Source of the DNA: Phycisphaeraceae bacterium | GTDB taxonomy: Bacteria; Planctomycetota; Phycisphaerae; Phycisphaerales; Zrk34 | Assembly (NCBI GenBank): GCA_040905565.1 | Contig: JBBDRF010000040.1 | Coordinates: 16,942 to 35,889, forward strand | Direction: 5' to 3' | DNA length: 18,948 nt | Shown: one piece after another, positions 8,985 through 16,776 of the stretch | Position numbering within the stretch: the stretch's first letter is position 1 | Layout of the letters: every line of letters starts with the position of its first letter | Notes under the pieces: model-generated | The model's input: the letters and a program-made list of their open reading frames with translations, nothing else | The model's database searches: none | What the model was told of the DNA's origin: nothing | Program-made: the position numbers and the translations under genes

Positions 8985-9008
8985 AAGCCGATCTTCTAAA
9001 CGCCAGCG

Positions 9009-9038
9009 TTGACACCGTAATACATGAACGTCTAGGAT
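9009..9038 (+). promoter_or_regulatory. Near-consensus sigma70 promoter with no downstream plus-strand gene
   Basis: TTGACA (9009-9014)-N18-TAGGAT (9033-9038). Confidence 0.65.
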
Positions 9039-9043
9039 GATGC

Positions 9044-9125
9044 CGACCCGGACGTTTCCCCATCGGCTGTTTTTAGCCGTGGCGCCCCCCGTTGCGGATT
9101 CGGAGCACGCAACGGGGGTTTTTCT
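9044..9125 (+). ncRNA. Putative ~80-nt small RNA of unrecognised family
   Basis: Lies between the promoter at 9009-9038 and a plus-oriented terminator, while both flanking genes are on the minus strand. The 5' end is inferred from -10 spacing. Confidence 0.55.
9086..9125 (+). terminator. Intrinsic terminator, plus orientation
   Basis: CCCCCGTTGCG-(11 nt)-CGCAACGGGGG-TTTTTCT. There is no adjacent U-tract in the minus direction. Confidence 0.8.
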
Positions 9126-9164
9126 GCGCGTGCTACTTTTGGTGGTGGCCCCCCGGCCGCTGCT

Positions 9165-10004
9165 TCACATCGCGTGCTGCGTGGTGTGTGGGCGGGTGCG
9201 GCGTTTCAGGGCGAGGGTGAGCATCATCACCAGGCCTGCGGCACCGGCCGTGGGGGTGGGGGTGCTGAAGACGTAGTTGTACGTCGTGGAGGTCAGCGGG
9301 TTGGTGCCGGGCAGTGCGGCGAACTCTTCGAAGCCGCCGTCCGCTTCGTAGCCGTCCTGCAGGCCGAACGCGGCATACAGATACAGGTAATCATCGGCAC
9401 CGACGCCGACGAAATTGTCCAGCGGGATGTAGAAGTCCAAATCCGAGGAGCCGCTGCCCGGGCCGGTGCTCTGCTTGGCGTCCATCAGCACGGAGCTTCC
9501 CGCGCCGAGGTCGTAGCGGAGCGTGCCGAGGTCGGCAGGGTCGTCCGGCGAGAGGCTGGCGAAGGGGCTGGTGTAGATCTGCAACTTGTCCAGCGAAAGC
9601 AGGCTCTTGTTGCCGCCCTGCTCGTTGCTATCCAGGCTGAAGCCGAGGTAGTCGCTGCCTTCGAGGGTGAAGGCTGCGAGGTCGCCGAAGCGCAGATCAC
9701 GGGTGAAGTGTGAACTGCCGCCGTCCTGGATGTCGAAGTGGTTGGGGATGTCTTTCTTGGCGGCGGAGGTGTTGTAGCCGTGCCCGTTTTTGATGCGGAG
9801 GAAGGTGCCGAAGACGCCGGTGCCGGCGGGTTGGGTTACGCCGAACTCAAAGATGCCGCCGTTGATCGTGCCGGGCGAGCTGTCAGGCCCGTCGGTCAGG
9901 TCCAGTGCCGAGCCGGCGAAATCGGCGTCGCTGACTGAGGTGATCGACAGAAGCAGGGCCGTCGTCAAGGTACAGATAAATAGGGACAATGCCTGTGATC
10001 GCAT
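9165..10004 (-). CDS. Secreted protein with PEP-CTERM-like (PTP variant) sorting signal (279 aa)
   Basis: N-terminal signal peptide; acidic Gly/Ser/Asp-rich body; C-terminal TPTPTAGAAGLVMMLTLALKRR (motif, TM helix, basic cluster). SD GAGGAG. Confidence 0.8.
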   Translation of the reverse strand: MRSQALSLFICTLTTALLLSITSVSDADFAGSALDLTDGPDSSPGTINGGIFEFGVTQPAGTGVFGTFLRIKNGHGYNTSAAKKDIPNHFDIQDGGSSHFTRDLRFGDLAAFTLEGSDYLGFSLDSNEQGGNKSLLSLDKLQIYTSPFASLSPDDPADLGTLRYDLGAGSSVLMDAKQSTGPGSGSSDLDFYIPLDNFVGVGADDYLYLYAAFGLQDGYEADGGFEEFAALPGTNPLTSTTYNYVFSTPTPTAGAAGLVMMLTLALKRRTRPHTTQHAM

Positions 10005-10070
10005 CTCTCTCCTCGCAATTTTTCGAACCGGGTATGAAGCCTCGCCCGGATGGGCTTAGCAGGAGATGCA

Positions 10071-10099
10071 ACTATACAATCTATAAAGCTCGCAGGCAA
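10071..10099 (-). promoter_or_regulatory. Putative sigma70 promoter of the PEP-CTERM-like gene
   Basis: TTGCCT-N17-TATAGT in a locally AT-rich stretch. Confidence 0.6.
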
Positions 10100-10120
10100 A
10101 GAAAATTCGCGACGTCATCG

Positions 10121-10225
10121 CGCTTCACGTTAGCGGGCGACTCCCAGATCGCCCATTGATGATGCGCGCGCTGCGTCCCGTGGATGGCGCAACGGCGATC
10201 GCAGATCGCCCGCTAACGTGAAGCG
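10121..10225. repeat. REPIN-like element with perfect 20-bp inverted arms and a 65-bp partly palindromic spacer
   Basis: CGCTTCACGTTAGCGGGCGA (10121-10140) and TCGCCCGCTAACGTGAAGCG (10206-10225). Each arm contains a mini-hairpin CGCT-N7-AGCG, and there is an inner GATCGCC/GGCGATC pair. Confidence 0.8.
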
Positions 10226-10232
10226 GTCGCGG

Positions 10233-12905
10233 TTACCAGGCGTTCACCTCGTCGACGCCCTGCGAATCGATGGTGAGCACGCGTTCGCCGTCGATCACGA
10301 TCTGATAGCGCTGACCGGGCGAAGCTTCGATGCGTGCGACGTCGCCTTCGAAGCTCACCGGGTAAGGCGAGACGACCCGCCGGCCGTCGGCTTCGGCCAC
10401 GGCGAGATTGGCGAGATCGCCCTCCAGCCGCAACCGCAGGCTTACCATGGCGCAGGGGTTGATGTTCGGCCCCCGCCGTTCGCCCGCATCCAGCACGAAC
10501 GAATCCGGCAGCGTCCCCGCCATCTCGCCTTCGTCGTACATCTGCCACTCGGCCGACACGAGGATGCCCTCGGCGACATGCGTCCAGTCGAAGGTTTCGT
10601 CGTGCTCAGCGAGCATCAGCAGGGCGTCGGCGTAAGGCAGGCCGCACCACTGCACGGGCAGGCCGATCCAGTTGGGGGCTTCCCAGTTGGTGGCCCCGTA
10701 AACGGCGATAACGGCCCAGGGCATCGCGGCTTCGTCGCCCATCTGCCATTGATAGAGGAACGGCAGGCCGGAGATCGCCCAGCGTTTGGCTTCCGTGAGG
10801 TGATCTTCATCGCCGGTGAGGCGGTAGGCGAGGACGTAGGCGCGGACGAGCCTTGCCGCGGCGAGCACGTCGGGCGTGTGCATCGGCATCTCCCAAACCT
10901 GCGCGCCGCGCGGCGTGCGGAACCGCTTGGCGTACTCCAGCGTCTTCAAGCCCGCCGCCAGCGAGTCGGCGTTCCCGGTGTACCAGGCATGCGTCAGAAG
11001 GGTTGCCGCCTGCTTGCCGTTGTGCCCGCTGGCCGTGTCCTCGAAATGCGTTCGGGCGTACTTGCCGTCGTAGCCGTAGGAGCCATCTTCACGCTGAATG
11101 TCGCGCAGACGGGCAGCCTCGCCATTGACTTGATTCAGCCACTGCTGAGCGCGGCCGCTGGCGAAATAGGCTGAATCGTTCGGCAGATGCGCCCCGCCAC
11201 GCACCAACTCGGGCACGTCGGGCATCTCACCGGTCAGCCGCCAGATCGTCCCGGCATGGTCGGCGTAAAAGTTCCGGGCCCAGCTCTCCTCGGCACAGTG
11301 GCCCCATCCGTTGTCGTTGCGAAGCACGCCGTTGAGCGCGTGCAGCGAGAGGGCGAACTGCTCATCGGTCGAGCGTGGGCGTTCGGCAACATCCGCCATC
11401 CCCCGCGTCTTGTAGGCCCATGTGATGAGATCTTCCAGCCGCTGTTCACCCCAGGCTTCATCGAAACGCAGGACCGCTTCGATCCGCTCGCCCCGCACCG
11501 ACATGCGATGGTCGGCGGTGCCATCGAAGAAGTTCGGCGACGCGAAGATCGGACGATTCTCCGAAAGATCGTTGTACAGCATCGCCACGGAAACACGGTC
11601 AGTCACCACGGCCAGCAACGGCATCGTGACGTGCATGCGAGGCGGCTCGAACCGCACGTGCTCTTCGGTTTCAATATCCGCTTTCGAACTCGACCACTCC
11701 CCCGCACCGAGATGCTCCAGGCCCGGCAGCAGGCCCTGCTCAAGATCGCCCAGCACACGCGTCACCAGTGCTTCCACTTCCTCCTCGGCCTCCACCGTGG
11801 CATGCAGTTGGGCCCCTTCCAGGCGAAGGGTGACGCGGGCCTCTTCGCCGATCAGCGTGGCGCGATCGCCCTGCGTTTGCACATCCATCCCGGCTGAGTC
11901 GCCGTTGGCGAGCGTGACGAGCGGACCGATGAGGGCCACACGTTCGCCCTCTCTATAGATGCGTGCGAACAGCCCCCGCGGATGCAGCCGAACGGTCAGC
12001 GTCTCGTTGCTGATGGTCTTCCAGTTCTCCGGCGTGGCTGCGTTTTCGCGGTGCAGCCGAACGCGACGGCTGACGGGCTCGACGCCGGCTGTGGAAGCTT
12101 CCACGTCGAATCGGGCGACGGGCGCCTTGCCGTCGCGGCCCCAGCTTGCGTCGTCGATCTCGAAGGTGGCGCGCCAAACGTCGCCGCTGCTGAGGGTCTT
12201 TTCGTGCTGCTGCTGCACCTGGCTCGGCCCGGATTTGAAGTGCGACGCCACGGTCACACGCTGCTCGCCTTCGCCGTGATATCGCACCCAGGCGTGGAAG
12301 GCGTCGCCCTCTGCCTGCACGCGTTCGATCTCCAGCGGATGCAGCTGCACGGTGTCGATCGTGAAGTGCGACACTTCGATGCGGCCCGTCGCCTGTGCCG
12401 GATCCAGCCGCAGGCGCGTGATGGTGGTGCCGGTCGGCTGGATGGGCACGTCATACTCGTGCCACTTCCCGTCGTGCTCCATGGTGAACCGCTTGCTGCG
12501 GGATTCGGTGAAGTGCGGCCCGTCGTCCGTGGCCCAGAACAGCTGCCCGTCGCCGCCGGCTTCACTGCGGATGCGGACGCGAATGGACATCGCCTCGGTG
12601 GTCGGCACTTCGAGCAGCGGGCTGAAGAGGTAGGGATCGCTGCCGTTGGTTTCGATCACCATCACGCCGTCCTGCGATTGGGCGGATTCGATGTGATGGG
12701 CGGCTTCCCAGTCGGCGATGTCCTGCTCAAAACGCCAGCCGTGCACCGTCTCGCGCGCCAGCTCGGCGCGCGGGTGCGGGTTGATCACGACGTTGACGTC
12801 GCGTGCGGCGGCTTCGGTGAGGTCCGCTGCGTGGAGGTCGGTGGTGATGAAACCGGTCGTCAGGATGGCTACATACGTCGCGATAATTTGAGTGATCTTC
12901 AGCAT
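10233..12905 (-). CDS. Large secreted hypothetical protein (890 aa) with a CBM-like beta-sandwich and a C-terminal (alpha/alpha)-barrel-like domain
   Basis: Signal peptide MLKITQIIATYVAILTTGFITTDLHA; SDPYLFSP..GQLFWAT..DGKWHEYDV..ITRLRLDP resembles galactose-binding-like modules; helical repeats AWYTGNADSL and AYRLTGDEDHLTEA. Start chosen from TATCAT-N6-ATG. Confidence 0.7.
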   Translation of the reverse strand: MLKITQIIATYVAILTTGFITTDLHAADLTEAAARDVNVVINPHPRAELARETVHGWRFEQDIADWEAAHHIESAQSQDGVMVIETNGSDPYLFSPLLEVPTTEAMSIRVRIRSEAGGDGQLFWATDDGPHFTESRSKRFTMEHDGKWHEYDVPIQPTGTTITRLRLDPAQATGRIEVSHFTIDTVQLHPLEIERVQAEGDAFHAWVRYHGEGEQRVTVASHFKSGPSQVQQQHEKTLSSGDVWRATFEIDDASWGRDGKAPVARFDVEASTAGVEPVSRRVRLHRENAATPENWKTISNETLTVRLHPRGLFARIYREGERVALIGPLVTLANGDSAGMDVQTQGDRATLIGEEARVTLRLEGAQLHATVEAEEEVEALVTRVLGDLEQGLLPGLEHLGAGEWSSSKADIETEEHVRFEPPRMHVTMPLLAVVTDRVSVAMLYNDLSENRPIFASPNFFDGTADHRMSVRGERIEAVLRFDEAWGEQRLEDLITWAYKTRGMADVAERPRSTDEQFALSLHALNGVLRNDNGWGHCAEESWARNFYADHAGTIWRLTGEMPDVPELVRGGAHLPNDSAYFASGRAQQWLNQVNGEAARLRDIQREDGSYGYDGKYARTHFEDTASGHNGKQAATLLTHAWYTGNADSLAAGLKTLEYAKRFRTPRGAQVWEMPMHTPDVLAAARLVRAYVLAYRLTGDEDHLTEAKRWAISGLPFLYQWQMGDEAAMPWAVIAVYGATNWEAPNWIGLPVQWCGLPYADALLMLAEHDETFDWTHVAEGILVSAEWQMYDEGEMAGTLPDSFVLDAGERRGPNINPCAMVSLRLRLEGDLANLAVAEADGRRVVSPYPVSFEGDVARIEASPGQRYQIVIDGERVLTIDSQGVDEVNAW

Positions 12906-13011
12906 CCCACGATGATACAGCACCGCAGCCAATGCGACTATGTTTGCACATGTGCGGGCCGTGAGGCTGGATTCTTGGCGAATTCTCGATGGTGCGGTTA
13001 TCCTGATTGGC

Positions 13012-14004
13012 ATGAATCAGCGCACGTTTAACGCATCGGAAGAGCGGGTTTCGGAGATCGGGCTCGGCACGTGGCAGCTTGGCGGGGCCGAGTGGGGCAA
13101 CGTGCCGGAGGAGGAGGCGCTCGCGACGCTTCACGCCGCCGCCGATGCCGGGGTCACCTTCATCGACACAGCCGACATCTACGGACTCGGCCGCAGCGAA
13201 GAGATCATCGGCCGCTTCCTCGCCGAGCGTCCCGACCGCGATCGGTTCTTCGTCGCCACGAAGCTCGGCCGCTACCCCAAGCCGGGCGGCGCGGAGAATT
13301 TCACGCCCAGGACGATCGCCGAGCACACCGACGAATCGCTGCGAAGGCTGAACGTGGAACGGCTCGACCTCACGCAGACGCACTGCATTCCGCCCGAGGT
13401 GATGCAGCAGGGCGAGGTGTTCGAAACGCTGGCCAACCTGAAGCAACAGGGCAAAATTCGGCACTGGGGGGCGAGTGTTGAATCGATGGACGAAGCGCTC
13501 ATGTGCCTGGAGCACGAGGGGCTGGCCAGCCTGCAGATCATCTTCAACATCTTTCGGCGGAAGCCGATCGACGTGCTGTTCCAGAAAGCGCAGGAGAAGA
13601 ACGTCGCGATCATCGTCCGCCTGCCGCTGGCCAGCGGGGTGCTCAGCGGGAAGATGACGCCTGACACCACCTTCGCTGCGAACGATCATCGCAGCTTCAA
13701 CCGCGATGGTGCCCAGTTCAACGTCGGCGAAACCTTCGCCGGGCTCGGCTTTGAGAAGTCCGTCGCGCTGGCGGAGAAGATTCAACCGCTTGTGCCTGAG
13801 GGGCTGACGATGGCGCAGATGGCGCTGCGGTGGTGCCTGGATTTCGATGCGGTAACGACGGTGATCCCCGGCGCCAGGCGCGCCGAGCAGGTCCATGCGA
13901 ACGCCTCGGCCTCGGATCTCGACCCGCTCTCCGACGAACTGCACGCGAAGCTGGCGGAGTTGTACGAATCGCAGGTGGCCGAACACATCCGCGGGGTTTA
14001 TTGA
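13012..14004 (+). CDS. Aldo/keto reductase (330 aa)
   Basis: VSEIGLGTWQLGG, FIDTADIYG, FVATK, SLRRL..LDLTQTH, GKIRHWGAS, PLASGVLSGK and VIPGA. Confidence 0.95.
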   Translation: MNQRTFNASEERVSEIGLGTWQLGGAEWGNVPEEEALATLHAAADAGVTFIDTADIYGLGRSEEIIGRFLAERPDRDRFFVATKLGRYPKPGGAENFTPRTIAEHTDESLRRLNVERLDLTQTHCIPPEVMQQGEVFETLANLKQQGKIRHWGASVESMDEALMCLEHEGLASLQIIFNIFRRKPIDVLFQKAQEKNVAIIVRLPLASGVLSGKMTPDTTFAANDHRSFNRDGAQFNVGETFAGLGFEKSVALAEKIQPLVPEGLTMAQMALRWCLDFDAVTTVIPGARRAEQVHANASASDLDPLSDELHAKLAELYESQVAEHIRGVY

Positions 14005-14023
14005 GTAAGAACAAAAGAGGTAT

Positions 14024-14148
14024 AACCACAGAGGCACAGAGGAAGAGGAGGCAAGGAAGAGAAGTGGGAACTGCGAAATCAGGATTCTGAAAACCAGAAA
14101 CCTCTCTCTGCCTTTTTCTTCCTCCTCCCCCTCCGTGCCTCTGTGGTT
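14024..14148. repeat. 125-bp imperfect palindromic intergenic element (ACCACAGAG-type)
   Basis: AACCACAGAGGCACAGAGG (14024-14042) matches the reverse complement of CCTCCGTGCCTCTGTGGTT (14130-14148) at 18/19. An inner purine-rich arm faces a pyrimidine-rich arm. It lies between convergent genes. Confidence 0.8.
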
Positions 14149-14161
14149 CATAAAAAAGCGA

Positions 14162-14857
14162 TCACAACACGTCGACGGCCTGCTTAGCTGTGACGAACAC
14201 CTCACGCAGCATGTCCGCGGTCAACCGGCCGGTGAACGTGTTCTGCTGACTGGGGTGATACGAGCACAGCAGAAACGGGGCCGCCTCGTAGCGGTACATC
14301 TTCCCATGGCCGAACTTCGGCTTTGGCTTCATCGGGGACCAATCCATCTCCCGGTAGAGCTTCACTGCCGTGTCCATCGCGATGCCCCCGAGCACGATGA
14401 TGCCCTTGAGATGCTCCAGGGCACGCACGGTGGCGGGCAGGTAATCGAAGCATGCATCGCATTCGTCACGCGTCGGCTTATTGGCCGGCGGGGCGCAGTG
14501 GGCCGCGGCGGTGATGGCGATGTCGTGCAATGCCAGACCGTCGTCGGCGTGCGTGGCGGTGGGCTGATTCGCCAGGCCCGTCTCGTACAGCGCGCGATAG
14601 AGGAAGTCGCCCGACCGGTCCCCCGTGAACATACGGCCGGTCCGGTTCGCGCCATGAGCAGCCGGCGCAAGCCCAATGATCAACAACCGGGCATCGGGGT
14701 CCCCAAAATTCGGCACCGGCCTGCCCCAGTAGTCCCAATCAGCAAAGCTCTTCCGCTTGACCTGCGCGATCTGCTGACAGTGCTCAACCAGCCGCGGGCA
14801 GCGGGTGCAGTTGATGATTTGGGCGTTGAGTTGTGACCAATCGGCGTGGGGGTTCAT
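14162..14857 (-). CDS. Uracil-DNA glycosylase family 5 (UdgB-like, 4Fe-4S) (231 aa)
   Basis: CTRCPRL, GLAPAAHGANRTGRMFTGD, HCAPPANKP and YHPSQQNTFTGRLT. Confidence 0.93.
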   Translation of the reverse strand: MNPHADWSQLNAQIINCTRCPRLVEHCQQIAQVKRKSFADWDYWGRPVPNFGDPDARLLIIGLAPAAHGANRTGRMFTGDRSGDFLYRALYETGLANQPTATHADDGLALHDIAITAAAHCAPPANKPTRDECDACFDYLPATVRALEHLKGIIVLGGIAMDTAVKLYREMDWSPMKPKPKFGHGKMYRYEAAPFLLCSYHPSQQNTFTGRLTADMLREVFVTAKQAVDVL

Positions 14858-14923
14858 GGGATTAAGGATAGGACGGCTGGGCTGCCTGAGCTACGATGGT
14901 GGGGTCCTCAGAAGGGGTTAGCG

Positions 14924-15889
14924 ATGGTGGCATATCACGTGCGTTGCGGGATGGTTGCCGTTTTGCTGGCGGGAACGTCGGTAACGGCGATTGCGGGGGA
15001 GGCGGCTGAGGAGGAGGCGGAGAAGGCCCCGCCGGTGCCGACGATCACGGTCGTTTACGATATCGAAGCATTCGTCGACGAGCCCGAACAGTCTGACGAG
15101 AAGTGGGAAAAGCAGCGCGACGGGCTCGCCTCAACGCTGCGCGACCTGGTGGAGCCGTATGATTGGCAACGGGCGGGTGGCAACCAGGCCTCGCTCGAAA
15201 GGGAGGGCAACTACTTCGTGGTCAATGCACCGTTCGGCCACCATCGGCAGATCATGACGTTGCTCGAAGCCCTGGCGCAGCCGACGCGGGAACTGGGGAA
15301 GCAGAAAATCGCCGAGCGCGTGCGGCAGGATCGCCTGGAGGACGAAGCGATCGGCCGCCGGCGCGTGAGCGTGACCTGGGATGCGATGCCGATGCACGAG
15401 GCGGCCAAGGCTCTCTCGGAGCAGCTGGGAGTGCCGGTGCGGGTGGACTGGTCGGACCTGGAATTCTACGAGTTTGTTGATGAAGATTTTTCGATCACGC
15501 TGCACCTTCAGGATGTGCCCGTCGAGCAGGTGCTGGATCGCATCGTGGAGCAGATGGAGATGGTCGAAGAATTTGTCATCGCGGGAGAGATCGCCTACGG
15601 CTACGTCCACGGTGCGATCCGCATCGGCAAGAGCGAGGAATTGACGGTCGTTCGGGTGTATGACGTGCGCGATATCGTTGATGAGGCTGCGGAGACGATC
15701 GACGAGGATGCGGATGACCCGATGTGGCTATTGATGGATGCGATCCGCGACACGGTGGACCCTTACAACTGGCGGTGGGCCGGGGGCACGGTGAGTAGCC
15801 TCACCGATTTCAACGGCCGGCTGTTGGTTGGCACCACCGTGACCAACCATAAGCAAATCACGCTCTTGCTCGACGACCTCCGGCGATGA
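14924..15889 (+). CDS. Exported protein of secretin-type N-terminal domains (N3-like / STN-like / N3-like) with no secretin core
   Basis: Signal peptide; duplicated VYD..LRDLVEPYDW..AGG..HRQIMTLLEAL / VYD..IRDTVDPYNW..AGG..HKQITLLLDDL; central VSVTWDAMPM..ITLHLQDVPVEQVLDRI. SD AAGGGG. Confidence 0.7.
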   Translation: MVAYHVRCGMVAVLLAGTSVTAIAGEAAEEEAEKAPPVPTITVVYDIEAFVDEPEQSDEKWEKQRDGLASTLRDLVEPYDWQRAGGNQASLEREGNYFVVNAPFGHHRQIMTLLEALAQPTRELGKQKIAERVRQDRLEDEAIGRRRVSVTWDAMPMHEAAKALSEQLGVPVRVDWSDLEFYEFVDEDFSITLHLQDVPVEQVLDRIVEQMEMVEEFVIAGEIAYGYVHGAIRIGKSEELTVVRVYDVRDIVDEAAETIDEDADDPMWLLMDAIRDTVDPYNWRWAGGTVSSLTDFNGRLLVGTTVTNHKQITLLLDDLRR

Positions 15890-16010
15890 GGGGCTGGGAC
15901 AGCTGGACCACGTTGCGGGGCACCAGGCTGGGGGCAACTCGGCTGTGTCGGGGGGGGGCGGGAGGCGTTTACAATTGTGCTGTTATTCGAAACTTTCCGG
16001 ACTAAAAAAG

Positions 16011-16643
16011 ATGAATCGTGTCCCCCTGTACGTTGCGTTTTTGTTGCCGCTGTTGATGGTCGGGTGTGAGACGCTGCGGGGTTTTGAGCGGGCGGAGATG
16101 GCGACGTCGGACGTGCGCCTGGCGCGGACGGAACTGGTGGGAACGCAGGAACAACTGGATCGGGCGGTCGCGTCGCTGAACGCGTTGGTGGCGGCGGAGG
16201 CGGAACGCCAGCCTCGCTTCCAGAGCTTTTCGGAGCAGGTCGACACGCTCGATCGGCAGGTGGATCGGCTGCGGACGCAGGTCGAGGAAATGGAGGCGCA
16301 GGTCGACGCCTATTTCACAGCATGGGAAGCGGAAATCGACCAGATGGAAAGCGAAGCGCTCAGGAATCGGGCGATGCGGCGACGTGCATCGTCGATCGAC
16401 AGCTACCAAGTGACCATGGCGGCCTACCAGGATGTCGACGTGATCCTGACGCCCTTGGTCTCGAAGATTCGCGACCAGCAGCGGTACCTCGGGTCCGACC
16501 TCACCGCCTCAGGCGTGGGCTCAGTCTCGGACATCATCGAAGAAGTCCGCCAACAGGAACACACCGCACAGCAAGAGATCGAAGCGGCGATCCTCGAGTT
16601 CAACCGCATCGCCAGCGAACTCTCGACCGCCGCGGCGGAGTAG
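16011..16643 (+). CDS. Coiled-coil lipoprotein, DUF2959-like (210 aa)
   Basis: Lipobox LMVGC; helical heptads; YFTAWEAEIDQMESEALR and RDQQRYLGSDLT resemble DUF2959 as I recall it. Confidence 0.7.
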   Translation: MNRVPLYVAFLLPLLMVGCETLRGFERAEMATSDVRLARTELVGTQEQLDRAVASLNALVAAEAERQPRFQSFSEQVDTLDRQVDRLRTQVEEMEAQVDAYFTAWEAEIDQMESEALRNRAMRRRASSIDSYQVTMAAYQDVDVILTPLVSKIRDQQRYLGSDLTASGVGSVSDIIEEVRQQEHTAQQEIEAAILEFNRIASELSTAAAE

Positions 16644-16708
16644 CACGTTTGCTTGTCGCCCCGCGGATCGCCCATATTTCACGTAGAAAAACGTTAATCA
16701 ATATATGG

Positions 16709-16737
16709 TTGCATAACGCGAATGGCGATGGTATATT
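16709..16737 (+). promoter_or_regulatory. Strong-looking sigma70 promoter with extended -10
   Basis: TTGCAT-N17-TATATT with TGG immediately before the -10, inside the most AT-rich 100 bp of the window. Confidence 0.65.
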
Positions 16738-16776
16738 CTATGTAGGCAATTTTCAACACGAAAAAAGGGCTGCAAC

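Noticed and set aside
9037..9276. 79-aa plus-strand ORF as the product of the orphan promoter
   Set aside because: Its ATGs overlap or abut the -10 box, and it reads through the terminator into the antisense of the PEP-CTERM gene.
10218..13031. Plus-strand ORFs of 318, 236 and 349 aa opposite the 890-aa gene
   Set aside because: Shadow ORFs with Arg/His-rich non-protein-like composition.
12727..14205. 492-aa minus-strand ORF
   Set aside because: Antisense to the aldo/keto reductase, and its N-terminus is a translation of the palindromic repeat.
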